64,000 nt of DNA from contig OX597817.1 of NCBI GenBank assembly GCA_951406725.2, positions 156,426,001 through 156,490,000 on the forward strand, given 5' to 3'. Under the pieces are notes generated by a model that was given only the letters and a program-made list of their open reading frames with translations, was not told the origin of the DNA and ran no database searches. A program made the position numbers and the translations under genes. The stretch comes from Octopus vulgaris. Its lineage: Eukaryota. Positions 1 through 14,515 of this stretch are shown one piece after another. Each line of letters starts with the position of its first letter. The first letter of the stretch is position 1.

Positions 1-689
1 CTGTATGTATGTATGTATGTGTGTATGTATGTGTAAAATAGACTGCAACAATAAGTGGAATGGGGAGAGAAAATTTTTTTTTTATGGCGTTTTTCGACCA
101 TAACTGGCTATGGTTGAGAGGAAATGTAATGTTTAACTGTTCTCCTCTTAGAAAACATGTATAGTGATGAGGATGAAGATGGTGGTGGTGGAGGTAAAAA
201 TGATAATGAGGATGGTGGTGTTGCTCCTATTTATAGCAATGCTTTTCTCAGATATTCTGCAGTTATGTTAAGTGAGATAGATAGCTTGACTTTTTATGTA
301 GAGTTTGTTACTAGCTGGGAAGGAAGAAAAGAACGGGGGAGGAGGGATAGGGGTTTGAGGACCTCAGGTGAGGTGCGCGGGGGGGGGGTGGAACAACAGG
401 ATAGAGCAGGGTTGTAATGTTTGTTAATTCAATTTTGCATTTGTTTGTTTATTAAAAAATGTAACATTTAAATATCTCTTGTGTATGCCCTCCATCTCCC
501 CCGCCACCCCCCCACACACACACCTCACCACCACCACCACCACCATTTGCTGACACCTTCTCTTCTGTAGATTTCTTGTTCTGTTTTACTTTACTTATCT
601 GCAGCTTGGAGAACATCTTCTGAACTACTGCTCCCAACCTCATCACCTGACTTCATGTTGATGTTCATACCCCGCCTCTCACACACTCA

Positions 690-722
<33 letters not shown>

Positions 723-2371
723 TCACTCTCACACTCACACACACACACACACACACACACATGTATACAAAATATTAACCTAAAAAAAATCCAATCTAAC
801 CTTGTTGATCTTTCATAACCCTTCACCACCCTTTCATTCCTCATTCCTTCAGTGTAGAACACAGTTCTACACAGGTATTTACCCTGCCTGCTTCCTTCAA
901 ATACCAACACACCACACATGCACTGTAACTTGAAGTGTTAGATGCCAGTTCTTTTTACATTCTGAGTTGAAATCCTGACCAGATCAGCTTTGCCTTTCAT
1001 TCTCCTGGGATCAATAAAATAAAGTTGGGGGGTGGGGTTCTTTATAGCTTCACCTCCACAAACCAAAAATAAAATATTTCTGGCCTCAGGTGAGTTTATT
1101 GAAAGGTGGGTGAAAATTTCAAAAATGGCAAGAGTGGATGGTACCTCTCTAAGTGTAGACCCGTGAGCCGGGGAGAAGGAATTGGAGAGGGCACTTGCTC
1201 CTGGGGTTTCGGGAAAATCTTGGACAGTGTGGTTCCTCTATTATCCCTAGTGGCATTCTTGTATCAGGAGGGCCACATCTCTATCATCTCCCCCCCCCCC
1301 AGTTTTTTTTTTTTACCCTTGTATGCTATGCATAGGTCCCTTTTTCAGTGTATACCATGTATACTTTTTTCTTTTATCATTTCATTATTATATGTTAAAC
1401 CCCCACACTTTGTCTGTCTCTGTATTGTCCCCCACATCCTTCGCCCTTGTGGCAAATAAATGAAATCATTATTATTATGCAACCAGCAGGCAGAATTGTT
1501 ACTATGCTGGACAAAGTGCTGCTAAGCATTTTTGTTTTCCGTCCTTATATTCTGAGTTCAAATTCCCTTGAGGTCAACTTTGTCTTTCAGCATTTCAGTG
1601 TTGATAAAATAAGTACCAGTCAAGTACTGGAGCTAATGGAAATTGACTTGCCCCCCCCCCCCCACTTTCCCCAAAATTTCAGGCCTTGTGCCTGTAGTAG
1701 AAAGGAACGTTGGGAGAAAATGCCTTGCAGTATGTTTCCTATTTAATTTGAGAGATCAAATCCTGTAGGGGTTTATTTGCCCTGGGATCAATAAAACAAA
1801 ATGCCAGTCAAGTACCAGAGTCAGTTGAATCAACAAAGTCCTCTTGTGCTCACATTAGAGATTATTATTATTATTATTATTATTATCGTCATTGTAATGC
1901 TCTAGAGGCTAGCTCTTATGTAGCAGCTTTTGTTTGGCCCAGATTTGTGATCAGAGATATTCCAGCTGTGACCATTGATTCATTTCTTCAGTTATTTAAC
2001 TGCTGTTTCTAGCAATGACATAGAGGGCTCTATGGTTTGGTCATCTTGTGTAAAGTGTTGTACAGATAAAACCCTTTAAATTCTGTGAACATTCCTCCTC
2101 CTCCTCTCCTTAACTATGTAAAAAAAAAAAACAATGTACATCTTACTTTAGAAATTCTTATTGTGAGATAATCACATGCACACACAGAGAGCCTTTCCTC
2201 CCCTATTGTCATCTGATATCTTGTTACTTACACCTTAATTAATTAATTATATACTTTTGAAATTTGTTGTAAGTGCCAAAGCTTTTTGGAAATTTAGTTC
2301 CACTTGGGTGGAGCTATACAATCAAACTGACAACTTGTATTTGCTGTTCTAGTATGTCTCTTTTTAATATA

Positions 2372-2405
<34 letters not shown>

Positions 2406-3341
2406 TTTGGTCAAGCTGATGAACTTACTCTTTTAATTTTGTCTTAATTGAAACCCACTCCAGAGCAAACGTTTTATTAAAAATTAATGCTATGAGCCTC
2501 AATTTTGTCTTTGTACACATTTTACATGTTTTCTGTGCTTGTATGGGTACAGCAGTGTGACTAGAGTGTGTGCCGCCCAGAGTGGCCCTTCGTTTTACTG
2601 CCCATGGGCCTTCACAAAAGATACATATGGCACACTGACTATATCGATTGTTGCATTAACAGTGAGTAGTGCCCATGTCCTGACATTAAAACCACTCTCA
2701 TTTGATTTCAATACAGCCTGTACAGGTTTATAGCGTACTGCAGACCCCCCATAAAAATTCCACTCAGGGCAGACCACCCCACTCTGTCCTTGCTACTTTA
2801 TGGGTGGGACAGTATATTTGCTGGAGCAATTCTTTCTATAGCTTGGTGGATGGTAGACCCCCATTTCTACAATAACTGACTCAGCCATGAAAATGGATAT
2901 GTGTGTGTTGGGCCCACTGTCCAGATTGTGTGACCACTAGTTTACACTAACAACACAACTCCCATACATGTGAATGAGGGCCCTCTACAATCTCACACAA
3001 CATTATAGAAATAACACCAAAATCTCCTTTGAATCATACCCTGTAGGCTTGCAAAAAAAAAAGGGGGGCATATTGGATAATGTAGCCTTAGATACACAGA
3101 TACAGTAGGACTGGATGCTTGTGTGTGGAATGCTTTTGATCATAGTCTGACTCGGGGCTAAACAACCACTGGTTGTAGTCTCAGGTGCAAAATGTTCAAG
3201 AGAAAAACTGGTTGGTCATGACTGGAACCCCTTTATTCAGAGCTATTTTAGTCAAGACTGATACAGACCTAATTAACAGCACAATTTGTACATGATTTGC
3301 CTTTAATCAGTTCACCCAACTATCAAAAATAATTTATTCAG

Positions 3342-3561
3342 CCCTTCAGCATTTAAACTGGCCATATGCACCCAAATATTCTACCTGTTTTATGTTCAAA
3401 CCAGCCAGATCCCGCCTCTCACACCTACTTTGCAATGTCATTCTAAACATAAATAAACTACATTATTGAGATCTCGAAGCTACAAGATAAAGCACGATTA
3501 ATTTTAACAAGTGTGAATAAATAAGTATTACATTTGACAGAGTAATCTGAAAGCTAAAGGG
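3342..3561 (+). mobile_element. piggyBac-like MITE (family F)
   Basis: CCCTTCAGCATTT...GCTAAAGGG followed by TTAA; same ~220-bp interior as the copies at 12413, 45965 and 57046. Confidence 0.75.
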
Positions 3562-3660
3562 TTAACCAGATCTTTTAGAGAAAGTTACTGCCAGTGTATT
3601 GAGATTTTCTATTGATTGAGGGAACAGTAGTTCTCCCATCCTCCCTCTTTCTTTCTTAAA

Positions 3661-4289
3661 CCCTTTGGCATTTAAGCTGGCCATATCCAGCTCAGATGTT
3701 CGACTTGTTTTATGGTCAAACCATCCAGATCCAGCCTTTCACATCTATTTTACAATGTCATTATAAAATAAACGATCAGGTCATCAAAATCTCAAAGCTA
3801 CAAAAAAATAATTTTATGATTAATTAAAAACAGTGTGACTAAATAAACATTATAGGCGCAGGAGTGGCTGTGTGGTAAGTAGCTTGCTAACCAACCACAT
3901 GGTTCCGGGTTCAGTCCCACTGCGTGGCATCTTGGGCAAGTGTCTTCTGCTATAGCTCCGGGCCGACCAATGCCTTGTGAGTGGATTTGGTAGACGGAAA
4001 TTGAAAGAAGCCTGTCATATATATGTATATATATATATATATATATGTATGCGTGTGTGTGTGTTTGTCCCCCTAGCATTGCTTGACAACCGATGCTGGT
4101 GTTTTTACGTTCCCGTCACTTAGCGGTTCGGCAAAAGAGACCGATAGAATAAGTACTGGGCTTACAAAGAATAAGTCCCGGGGTCGATTTGCTCGACTAA
4201 AAGGTGTTGCTCCAGCATGGCCGCAGTCAAATGACTGAAACAAGTAAAAGAGTATTACATTTGATATAGTAATCTGAATACTTCGAGGG
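3661..4289 (+). mobile_element. piggyBac-like MITE (family F) interrupted by a family A SINE
   Basis: Family F interior 3661-3854 resumes at ~4255 (ATTACATTTGA...AATCTGAATAC...GGG). Confidence 0.75.
3855..4254 (+). mobile_element. tRNA-headed SINE family A
   Basis: Head GGCGCAGGAGTGGCTGTGTGG (A-box-like)...GGTTCAGTCCC (B-box-like), internal (TA)n(TG)n, tail ...GAAACAAGTAAAAGAG; many near-identical copies in the window. Confidence 0.9.
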
Positions 4290-4740
4290 TTAGTGCCATG
4301 AAGCTGGTGTGGAATTTGGATTCACCCTTCACAGTCTGCTGGCTGTTTATTCTCCACCATTCCCCCCTACCATTTACACATCAGAAAAAATATTTTCAAG
4401 AGGTAAAAACAGCAACAGTAGTAGCAACAGTGCAAGTTCTGTAAATATTATTGGTTTACAGTTCTGCTAGTTTGGTATGGCGGCACCAGTTTAGGTGACT
4501 GCTGGGAATGGTCTTGATTTTCCAAATAATGTATCTTATAGAGATCCCCTTATAAAACATTCGTTTTCCATCTCTTTTTTTTTTTTATCTGCACTCTCCC
4601 TCCCATTTTCACCAACCCCAAGCCCCACTTTCTATAGTATGTCTGTTGGGGGAAGATCCTGAATACTTTCTTGCTGTCCTATAAACATCTCTCTCTCTCT
4701 CCTCTCTCTCCCCCTCCCTCTCGTGTGTATATATATTTTG

Positions 4741-5105
4741 GTGCAGGCATGGCTGTATGCTAAGAATCTTGCTTCCCAACAACTTGGTTCTGAGTTCAGT
4801 TTCACTGCGTGGCACCTTGGGCAAGTGTCTTCTATTATAGCATCAGGCTAACCAAAGTCTTGTGAGTGGATTTGGTAGAAGGAAACTGAAAGAAGCCTGT
4901 CGTGTGTGTGTCTTTGCATCTGTGTTTGTCCCCCACCACTGCTTGACAACTGGCGTTGGTGTATTTATGCCCCCATAACATAGCTGTTCAGCAAAAGAGA
5001 CCAATAGAATAAGTACCAGCCTTTAAAAAAAAAGAAATTACTAGAGTTGATTCATTCAACTAAAAATTCCTCAAGGTGTGCCCCAGCATGGCCACAGTCT
5101 AAGGA
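4741..5105 (+). mobile_element. SINE family A, diverged copy
   Basis: Collinear with the 3855 copy, with many substitutions. Confidence 0.8.
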
Positions 5106-5139
5106 CAAAGACTGTTACGTTGTACAACATAATATATAT

Positions 5140-5452
5140 GTGGCACATAAAAAGCACCATCCAAGCATGGTTGATGCCAGTACCGCCTGACTGGCTCCTG
5201 TGCCAGTGACCTGTAAAAGGCACCATTTGAGCAGGGTCAATGCCAGTGCCGTCTGACTGGCCCCTGTACCAGTGGTACATAAAAAGCACCCACTAGACCT
5301 TCGGAGTGGTTGGCATTAGGAAGGGCATCCAGCTGTAGAAATATTGCCAGATCAGATTAGAGCCTGGTGCAGCCTCCTGGCTTGCCAGTCCTTAGTCAAA
5401 CTGTTCAACCCATGCCAGCATGGAAAGTGGACGTTAAACAATGATGCTGATG
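5140..5452 (+). mobile_element. (GAT)n-tailed retroposon 3' end (family C)
   Basis: Repeated GGCAC(G/A)TAAAAAGCACC units, GGAAGGGCATCCAGCTGTAGAAA core, CATGGAAAGTGGACGTTAAAC and degenerate (GAT)n tail. Confidence 0.8.
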
Positions 5453-5724
5453 CATATGCAAAGTGTATGTGTACATATCTGTATTCAGCACCTATTTCTT
5501 TTTGTGTGTTGGTGTTTGCATACACCTATATCTGTGTCTCTGGGTATTTATATTTATGACAGCGCTTATATATGTATCTCTCTAACACAGCAACCATCTG
5601 TCTGTCTGTTTCTGTCCCCACATCTTGGTTGTCATTGGCAACATGTTGATCCTTTACTTTATATCTTTTCGAGTTGAGTGAAGTAGCAATTCTTTTGTCT
5701 GTTAGGACTCCAAGGAAGAAACAC

Positions 5725-5925
5725 TGTTGCTGTTTAGCCCTGAGTCAAACCTGATTGAGCTGACTATGATCATCTGACTTTTTTTTTTCTTACACCTAGA
5801 ACTACAGTATCTAATTTTGCCACCCCTTCCCTTTTATTCTAAGACAGTAGGACATGGTTTGAGGTGTGATTGGCTGCTATTTTTAGCACGTTGAGTAACT
5901 TACGTAGAAGCTCCCTCATTGAATC
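5725..5925 (+). repeat. Old dispersed repeat (family H), representative copy
   Basis: The motif GTGATTTGAG...TTGGCTGCTATTTCTAGC recurs at ~14110, 14210, 33830, 36010, 42030, 51800 and 59600, and reversed at ~2990, 20600, 21540, 28970 and 56870. Confidence 0.6.
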
Positions 5926-6039
5926 ATTGTTGTTATTGTAACTGTTGCAGTGTTTGGGCCTAGTGAGGTTATTGATGCTCCAGCTATGCTTGCATGTATC
6001 TTAGGTCTATCTGGATTGATTAGGAAAAACGTTTACCCA

Positions 6040-6442
6040 TACTCTTTTACTTGTTTCAGTCATTTGACTGCGGCCATGCTGGAGCACCGCCTTTAGTCGA
6101 GCAAATCAACCCCAGGACTTATTCTTTGTAAGCCCAGTACTTATTCTATCGGTCTCTTTTGCCGAACCGCTAAGTGACGGGGACGTAAACACACCAGCAT
6201 CGGTTGTCAAGCAATGCTAGGGGGACAAACACACAAACATATACACACACACTTATATATATATATACATACATAAATACAACAGGCTTCTTTCAGTTTC
6301 CGTCTACCAAATCCACTCACAAGGCTTTGGTCAGCCCGGGGCTATAGCAGAAGACACTTGCCCAAGATGCCACGCAGTGGAACTGAACCCGGAACCATGT
6401 GGTTGGTTAGCAAGCTACTTACCACACAGCCACTCCTGTGCC
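6040..6442 (-). mobile_element. SINE family A
   Basis: Full-length reverse complement of the 3855 copy. Confidence 0.9.
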
Positions 6443-7002
6443 ATGTTTTTTTTTATTGTTTTATTGGTTTCAGTCTCAGTCATTAGGTTCAATCAATCAC
6501 ATCAATCTCCAGGCTACTTTCAGTCTGGTATCTAATTCATCAATCTATATCAATCTATATTTATTGAATGGTTAGAACAGTAGGGTTCTTTTTGTCTGTT
6601 ATTTATATACAACACAGGTTTTAAACATAAACACAATGACAGGCACGCACACACACATACACACATTCATTATGAATGACAGAAGAAGTATTGGTGTAAA
6701 ATAATAATCTATGTATCATACATAAAGCAGCTACATCATTGAAAAACTAATTGACTAATTAACTGCAGTACTCAATCCTGGTGTAGTAATCTCTTATAGA
6801 TGTACAGTGTTGAATAGCACAAAAATATATAAGTAGCAGATGGAAGTTGTCCAGCATCCAAAAATCATCCAGCAGTGGTGGTCTTAATGATTTTCAGATG
6901 TTACTGATATAGTTTTGTGTTTTTTAACATTGTACATCTAGAAGAGATACTATCTCAGGGAAAATACTGCATTTAATTAGGCTCCTGATAATGTATTTGC
7001 TT

Positions 7003-7035
<33 letters not shown>

Positions 7036-7096
7036 ATTAGCGAAAATTTACTCCAAGGACAAGAGTTTGTGCATACTGTCTATCAAACTAATAAGT

Positions 7097-7158
<62 letters not shown>

Positions 7159-7242
7159 CATATATATATATATATATATATACATATATATACACATATA
7201 CACACATATACACATATCATTTAGCGTGATATGTGTATATGT

Positions 7243-7329
<87 letters not shown>

Positions 7330-7646
7330 TAAGGTTTGTTTTTATGGTCATTTATAATCCTTTCTACTGTAGGCACAAGGCCTGAAACTTTGGGGAGGGG
7401 TAGTCAATTACATCAACCCAGTATGTAACTGGTACTTATTTCATCAATCTCCAAAAGGATGAAAAAAAAAAATTAACAATTTTACATTAATCTGATAGGT
7501 TACTCTGTACCTTTGTAGAGTACAAATTTATTCTTAGCTAAGAATGTTGATAGTGACTTGAAATTTTCAGCCAGCCAAGTCACTGTCGGACAATAGTTTA
7601 GCAGGCTGAAACTTTGAGGTCACTGTCAACAACATTCTTGTATAAG

Positions 7647-7701
<55 letters not shown>

Positions 7702-10700
7702 CAGATATGATTTAGAAGCACCTCAAGAGATATATTATATAGATAGGGTTATAATCCAAGCAGTACTCAAAAATTTTTTTTACTTACTACATCTTTTTTC
7801 ACACTCAATAGTATCATCATGGAACAAAGAATGGTAATTGTGGTCATTATTGTGACATGGAATTGAGTCAGCAACTATTAAGTCTGATTCTGTAAGCTTA
7901 ACTATTTCACCTGGAGATTGTCAGGCATCACTTAGAAATCCCAAAGTGGAATAAGTGTCTTCTGCTCCATCTCTTGAAGATAGTGTCACCATTTACATAA
8001 ATATTCAAAAAAATTTTAACATTTTTAAAAAATAATATTTAAGAGTACAAAAAAAAAAAGCAATAGCGTGCCATCTTTGTGATAATGGTATAACTACAGA
8101 AGGGTCGATCAACTATAGATAGAATGAAATTGTCAGTAGTATGGCAACAAGCACTTTCTGTATAAATTTAATAACTTTGAAAGTAGTAATGGCTTCTTGA
8201 AGCTTGGCAAGGTGGTATAAAGTTCTTACGTTATTGGAAAAATGTACCACTGATTTGCTGTAAGAAAAAATAAAATATTAATAAAAACTAGAAATCTAAT
8301 GACATTTTCAGTTACATATTTAGAAAAAAGGAATTTTAAACAAGAAAAAACAGTCTCTTTGGATCATGTCTTACATTATTTTCCTTCAGTGCTTTTAAAT
8401 ACAGTAACCTTGAAAGTACTTGTTTCACTGAAACTTTCTTTTATTTACTATCAAATCTATGAATTTTTATCAAATTTAGTCACTGAATCTAATTATAGCA
8501 TCTAAATAAAAGTTGATTTCAGGTCATTTCACAAGATTTTATTTTGTTCATGATTCATTGAAAGCTTGTCACTGTGTTCAGAAGGCCAAATGAAAGCTTT
8601 GGATACTAAAATACAATTGCACCAAGAGTTGTAAAGCAATGAGAGTTGTTGATACCAGGCATGATTTTATATTGACCATATTAAAATATGATTGTTGAGT
8701 ATGAACTAACTCATCAATGACAACTACATGAGAAGGTAATCCCTTCTATGATGCCTCTTTTGATGAGTTATTTTACTCCTTTGATGAATTTACAGTTGTC
8801 CATAGAATACCTTTAAGCAGGGCATAACAGTAAATTTTGTATTCAGAATCAAATTGTGAAGGATGAAACAAATTGAATCATTAAGGAATTAAAATTTAAC
8901 AGTATAAGAGAAGCTACAAGATCTTTAAAAGTTCAACTTCAATTCCATGAAGAATACTGAGTACATGTAAGTTTATTACATCTGAGATTATATATATAAA
9001 GCCAACAGACATTGTCTGCCATCTGTACATTTCAGCATGTTGAATGTCAACTTTTCCTAATCCTATAATTTGGAAACTAAGCTGTATAGACATCATCACA
9101 ACATTGTCTCTGAATAGTTTAATAACTAAACAACTCTGCTTAATTTGTATAAAATTATCAGTTCTTCTGCTGTCAACTAAATCTTACCTCAAGTGATTAT
9201 TTAATCACAACTGTAATGAATGCATATGAGACAAAGGATGTTCTAGGAAAGTTGAAATACTTAAGTTTGAAGTGATTAATGCTTTGGGAGTTGGTTCATT
9301 ACTGATTTGCACAACCAAGAAAAATTGCCTTTTTTTCTCCTAATAGCATAAAACATCTCTTACTGGACATTTTATGTGCCCATGTCTGTATTTCCATGCT
9401 CCATTCTTCTGAGAAGTAGCTGTTAAAATAGTAGTTACCTGTTCTGTTTCAATTTTGTAATAAAAGCAGTATTTGTGAAAATAGAGTTTTAAACATTATA
9501 ATTCTTTTAAGTTAAATCAAATCTCTGGTTTATGATATTGCTGTTTCCAAGTCCAGTGTTTCATTTCCAGATAGCCTGAGCTTTATTCTATCAACATTAT
9601 TTCAAAAATCAAAATATCCATTACTGAGATTTTCATTTTCCATATACTATTCAGACAACACAACTTAAGTTGCATTCTTTAGCCAGGAATTTTCTGGCTT
9701 GATGAAATTGATCCAGGAATTCTGTTGGCTGTTGCTTGCAAGTTAGAAGTTGATATCTTGCAAAAAAAACCTCCCTCACTGGTTTAATGCAAATATTATG
9801 TAGAAAATTTATTGCAGCCTCATAATTGTCGCAATAAATTCAAATCTTTTCACGAGGTAGAAAGTTTATGAGAGTGGGTAGTCTGTTCAAATCTGGAATG
9901 TTATTGACAAGAAATTTTTCAAGTAGCGTACTTAACCAGTGTTTCTCTACAGAAGATGCAGATGTTGATTGAAAGGAACCACTGAATATTTCAGGACATG
10001 TTTATCAACATTTGATTCAGTGAATAAACTGCTGTAAGAAATAATCATAAGAGAGAGTCAAAGACTTTCTTCAATATCCAGTTTAAGTATGGGAGAGAAC
10101 TTGCTAATTACAATACAATGCATAATGCAACCTCCGGTTTCAATGTGCAATTGAACTTGTCCATTGAAAGCAAGCTGCATCATTAAAGTGAAGTACAATT
10201 ACAACAGCCTTTAGTCTTGCTAATTATTTTTCTAGTCTATTCTATGGTCTTAACTAGAGTTCTTATCATTATTAATTAGTACAATAGCTTCTTTAGTGAT
10301 TGACTAAGTATTTGAAATTTCTCTCTTGAAATCCTGATAGTTCTCCAAATTGTTCATTAATCTAATATCTCCAGATATTTTAATATCACTTACTTCACAT
10401 TCTCTTTTGTTTATTGTTGTTGTTCTGTGGTTGTTGTTGCTGCTATTTTGTAGCAGGTTTGGCTCTGATTCAACAATAATATAGACTAGAATAGTGGGAT
10501 TAAACGAATTAGGCCTCCTTTATTTTTATAACTTTCTTGTTTTACTCGACATGTTGGCAGATATCTAATTCTGTTACTAGACATAGTTGAAGTTGCTCAC
10601 ATTGGTATCAGGCTCTAGACAGAAGTACATCAGCCGAAGAGATTTTACCCTTAGGCAAGGTTATTTACTCACCGGTTTACTTAACTAGAAATTTGAAATC

Positions 10701-11056
10701 CATTTTTCTGTTTATGAATGATAACTAATGTTAGGCTAGCTTCATTATCAACATTTAACGTCCGCTTTCCATGCTAGCATGGGTTGGACGATTTGACTGA
10801 GGTCTGGCGAACCAGACTCCAAGCTGATGACTTTTCATGTCCCATTAAATACTAAAGCAACAGAAATTAACAAACAGGTGTGTGCATCACTATTTCTCTG
10901 TAAAAGTTACCTGGCTAAATGTGTTAGGCATTAGACTATATGTCCATTGGTTATCATACAAATTGAATCTGGTGTAGGTTTTTTTTTCTTTGTGTATGTC
11001 TTTAGATAGAACAGTTTTATTCTACATAATCCCAGTCCATCAATCTATTGAGAAAA

Positions 11057-11101
<45 letters not shown>

Positions 11102-11393
11102 CTTAACATTATGAAGTCAGTGTTAAACACTGCCACTTAAAAGCTCCCAATGCTTATGAGACACGATCTTAGCACCCCATGTCCAGAAGGCTGTGGGTTT
11201 CATGTGATGCTCAATTCAATCAGTTGGCAAATATTTAGAAACAAGATGGTGTTTTCAGATAGTTTTGGCAGCACATCTGAATAATTGAAACTATATTACC
11301 TCAGTATGGCCCCAGCCAGAATAAACTTGCCTCGTTCACTTTCAAAATCACTAGTTGATTAGACAGCTCCCTCCCCATCCAACTGTCCTTTGT

Positions 11394-11446
<53 letters not shown>

Positions 11447-12412
11447 CGCGCGTGCCTGGCTTTAAGATCGTTACATCTGTCTTTGCTTTGATTATATTTG
11501 GCAACCTGGTCTGTTGTATTCATTATCACTACTTTGGAATAGAGATTAAACCTGTGGATTATGGCATAGTCCAGGTTGTAGGTAATCCTCAGCTCTAGTT
11601 CTGTACTTGATGTGGATTATAGGTAAATTTGTTTATCTCTGTGAATAACAGAACATTCAAAAGTTCTAAAAGTATTTTATGAAATAATGCTATGTTTTGT
11701 TTCACTTTTACAGTTCAAGACCCCTTGTTAATATTGTGGCAATATTAGAAGATAAAAGGGTGATTGGTAGTAGAATCAGTAAAGTTGTAGATAAAAATGC
11801 TTGGTGGTATTTAGCTACATCCCAGATGGATTAAAATAAGTAGCACTTAAGTACTGGCCCCACTAAACCATCTACATTGGTCACCTAAATTTGTAACCTT
11901 GAATCAAAAGTTACAAACAATATTAGAAAGTTTATGAAACACAATGTCTGTGAAGCATGAATTGTCTGTCTTCAGTTTGCTTAACTGAGAATAAAACTAG
12001 CTTCCCACTTTACTTCACAGTTGAGCAACTGTTGGTGGGAAAGGCTATCAGCTGTAAAAACAATTGATTCAACAAACCAACTCACTCATGCAAAATTTAG
12101 AGGAATGGATATGAAATAGTGAAACAACAAAAATGAAAGGGCGTGGGACAGTGAAGTGTAGGAAGAACTGGAGCATTGGCCTAAATACCTTTCAGCATTA
12201 GTTTATCTTTATTCTGAGATCAAATCCTGCTGTGTTTGTCTTCTACACTTTCATCTTCTAAAGCTTGATAAAATAAGTTCTTATTAGCTATGTATATTCT
12301 ATGAATATACTACTGCACTATGAATTTTTGGCACTGTACTATATTCAGTGTGAAAATAGGAATATAAGAATAGCCGAAAGACCTGGCTAGTTGAATACAT
12401 GACGTTTTTTAA

Positions 12413-12632
12413 CCCTTTAGCATTTAAACCGGCCATATCCGGCCCAAATATTCTACTTGTTTTATGTTCAAACAGGCCAGATCCGACCTCTCACACATAC
12501 CCTACAATGTCATTCTAAATATAAGCACTCACCTCATCAAAATCTTGAAGCTACAAGGTAATGCAGGATTAATTAAAAACAATATGAATAAATAAGCATT
12601 ACATTTGGTTGAGAAATCTGAATGCTAAAGGG
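12413..12632 (+). mobile_element. piggyBac-like MITE (family F), intact ends
   Basis: TTAA|CCCTTTAGCATT ... AATGCTAAAGGG|TTAA: terminal inverted repeats with TTAA target duplication. Confidence 0.85.
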
Positions 12633-13269
12633 TTAAACTTCATTATCCCTAATCACATAATGCCTTTAACCTATTCCCTTTTAAATCTATGCCCGGCACA
12701 TTAATAAGGAATCAATTGAGAGTTTAAAAGGTTTGTATGATATTGGGGAGTGTCTACTTTCCTAACTACATTTACATCTGACTACCCTTACATTTTAAAT
12801 CCCATCCTGACAGTCTGACCCTCTTCTTACCATATTTCTCTTGAAATACATGGCTTTTTGTTTGTTTCTTTTGAAAATAATGAAGAATTTATTTAAATAT
12901 TTTTTTAAGCTGGTATTTGCAACATAAAATTAACATGAAATATTATTGGAAGGTTTTAATTAAGATCATTTTAAAACGGGAAGTTTGTATCATAAAATAG
13001 GGACAATTTCAAGCAGATTGGTATCCAAAAGGTTAAAATAACTTCCTTACTAAAATAATTTATCAGAGTTCAAATCCTGCTAGGGTTAAACATTATTTTT
13101 TTTTGCTCCTACTAACATTGGTATAGTAATTCTTTTAATACACTAGTTTCAACCAGTCGGCTATGCACCTCTTCACCATAGGACTTAATCAGGTAAGGGG
13201 AAAAAAATGAATATTCATTGTCAGGAATTTAAGACTTATAGAAAAGTCTTAAATGGAAAGAATGTGAGC

Positions 13270-13660
13270 TGTCATTCTCTTTACATTTTGAGTTCAAATC
13301 TCATCAAGGTCAAACTTAGCATTTCAACCTTTTGAGGTCGATAAAATAAAGTACCAGTCAAGTGCTAGGGTTGATTATATTGTTGAAACCCCTGCCTTCA
13401 AAATTACTGGACTTGTGCTTAAATCAGAAACCATTAGTATTAAGTAGAAAGGGCAGTGGATTGGCGGGATCACTGAATCATTGGAATAAATGCCTTCTGG
13501 TATTTGTTCCAGCTCTTTATGTCCTTAGTTTCAAATCCTGTTCAAGTCAAATTTGCCTTTCATCTCTTTGTGGTCGACAAAATAAAATAAAACACAAGTC
13601 AAGTGCTGGGGTCAATTTAATTAACTAACACTTCCTTCTCAAATTGCTGACCGTGTGTCT
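13270..13660 (+). mobile_element. Two degenerate family B SINE copies
   Basis: TGAGTTCAAAT...CCTTTTGAGGTCGATAAAATAAAGTACCAG-type core present twice. Confidence 0.6.
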
Positions 13661-14478
13661 ATGTTTTTATTAATTTGAGTCTGGTCAGATTTTCTTCTGT
13701 AAAACCTGTGGTATGAAGTTAGCAGGTCAGTTTGGACTGTAGATCAGTGAAATTAGCTTAGGGTACCCTCTGTTTATATTGTATGGTGTGTTCTGAAGTG
13801 GTCCCTACTTTGACTTGATTTGCCGAGGGCTGGTCAGTTTGCTTGACAGGGTCAAGCATTTATCTAGGACTACCCTCATTGGTTCGTTTACATGGTGTTA
13901 GGAATGGATGGTGGTGAACTGTTTTGTATACTTATGGTTGAAAGTGATGATTCCTTACTTCCCTTTTTCTAGACCTATTGTATCTTGGACTGCATTGTCT
14001 AACATGCCCTTCTTTCGTTGTTGCTTTATTCCATACTTTTCATTCAGACAATGTATTTAGAATTACATCATTCAAAATAGTCTTCCTATTTGTTTAAAGA
14101 CTTCTGGATGTGATTTGAGAAAGATTTGGCTGCTATTTCTAGTAGATTGATCAACCACATATCTGCTTTACCATTGGCTCATGTCTTTCTTTTTTTAAGT
14201 TGGCAGGGTGTGATTTAATGGAGACTCGGTTACTATTTCAAGCAGGTCAAGTAACAATGTAGAGTTTCCATTCTTTAGCTGGTGTTGTTGTTGTTGTTAT
14301 GGTTTTGGTGCATTGTTGAGCTATGAGAATTAGAACAATTACACGTCACCACAGATTTTATTTCCCATGCTCAAATCTGTACTTACTGTCCCAAGGTAGA
14401 TGAGTCATTGAGACTACAGGTTCTGCAGCAACTAGAAATTTACTAATTATGTTATGAAAAAGCATGTGTTCTATATAT

Positions 14479-14515
<37 letters not shown>

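Noticed and set aside
2545-2800. Possible old hAT-type MITE
   Set aside because: GC-rich ends are suggestive, but no convincing TIR pair or TSD could be read.
3798-4079. Recurring ORFs such as MLGGQT...DRLLSVSVYQIHSQG and LRLDALPNANHSVSVVGAF
   Set aside because: Translations of SINE family A and family C repeats, not a gene family.
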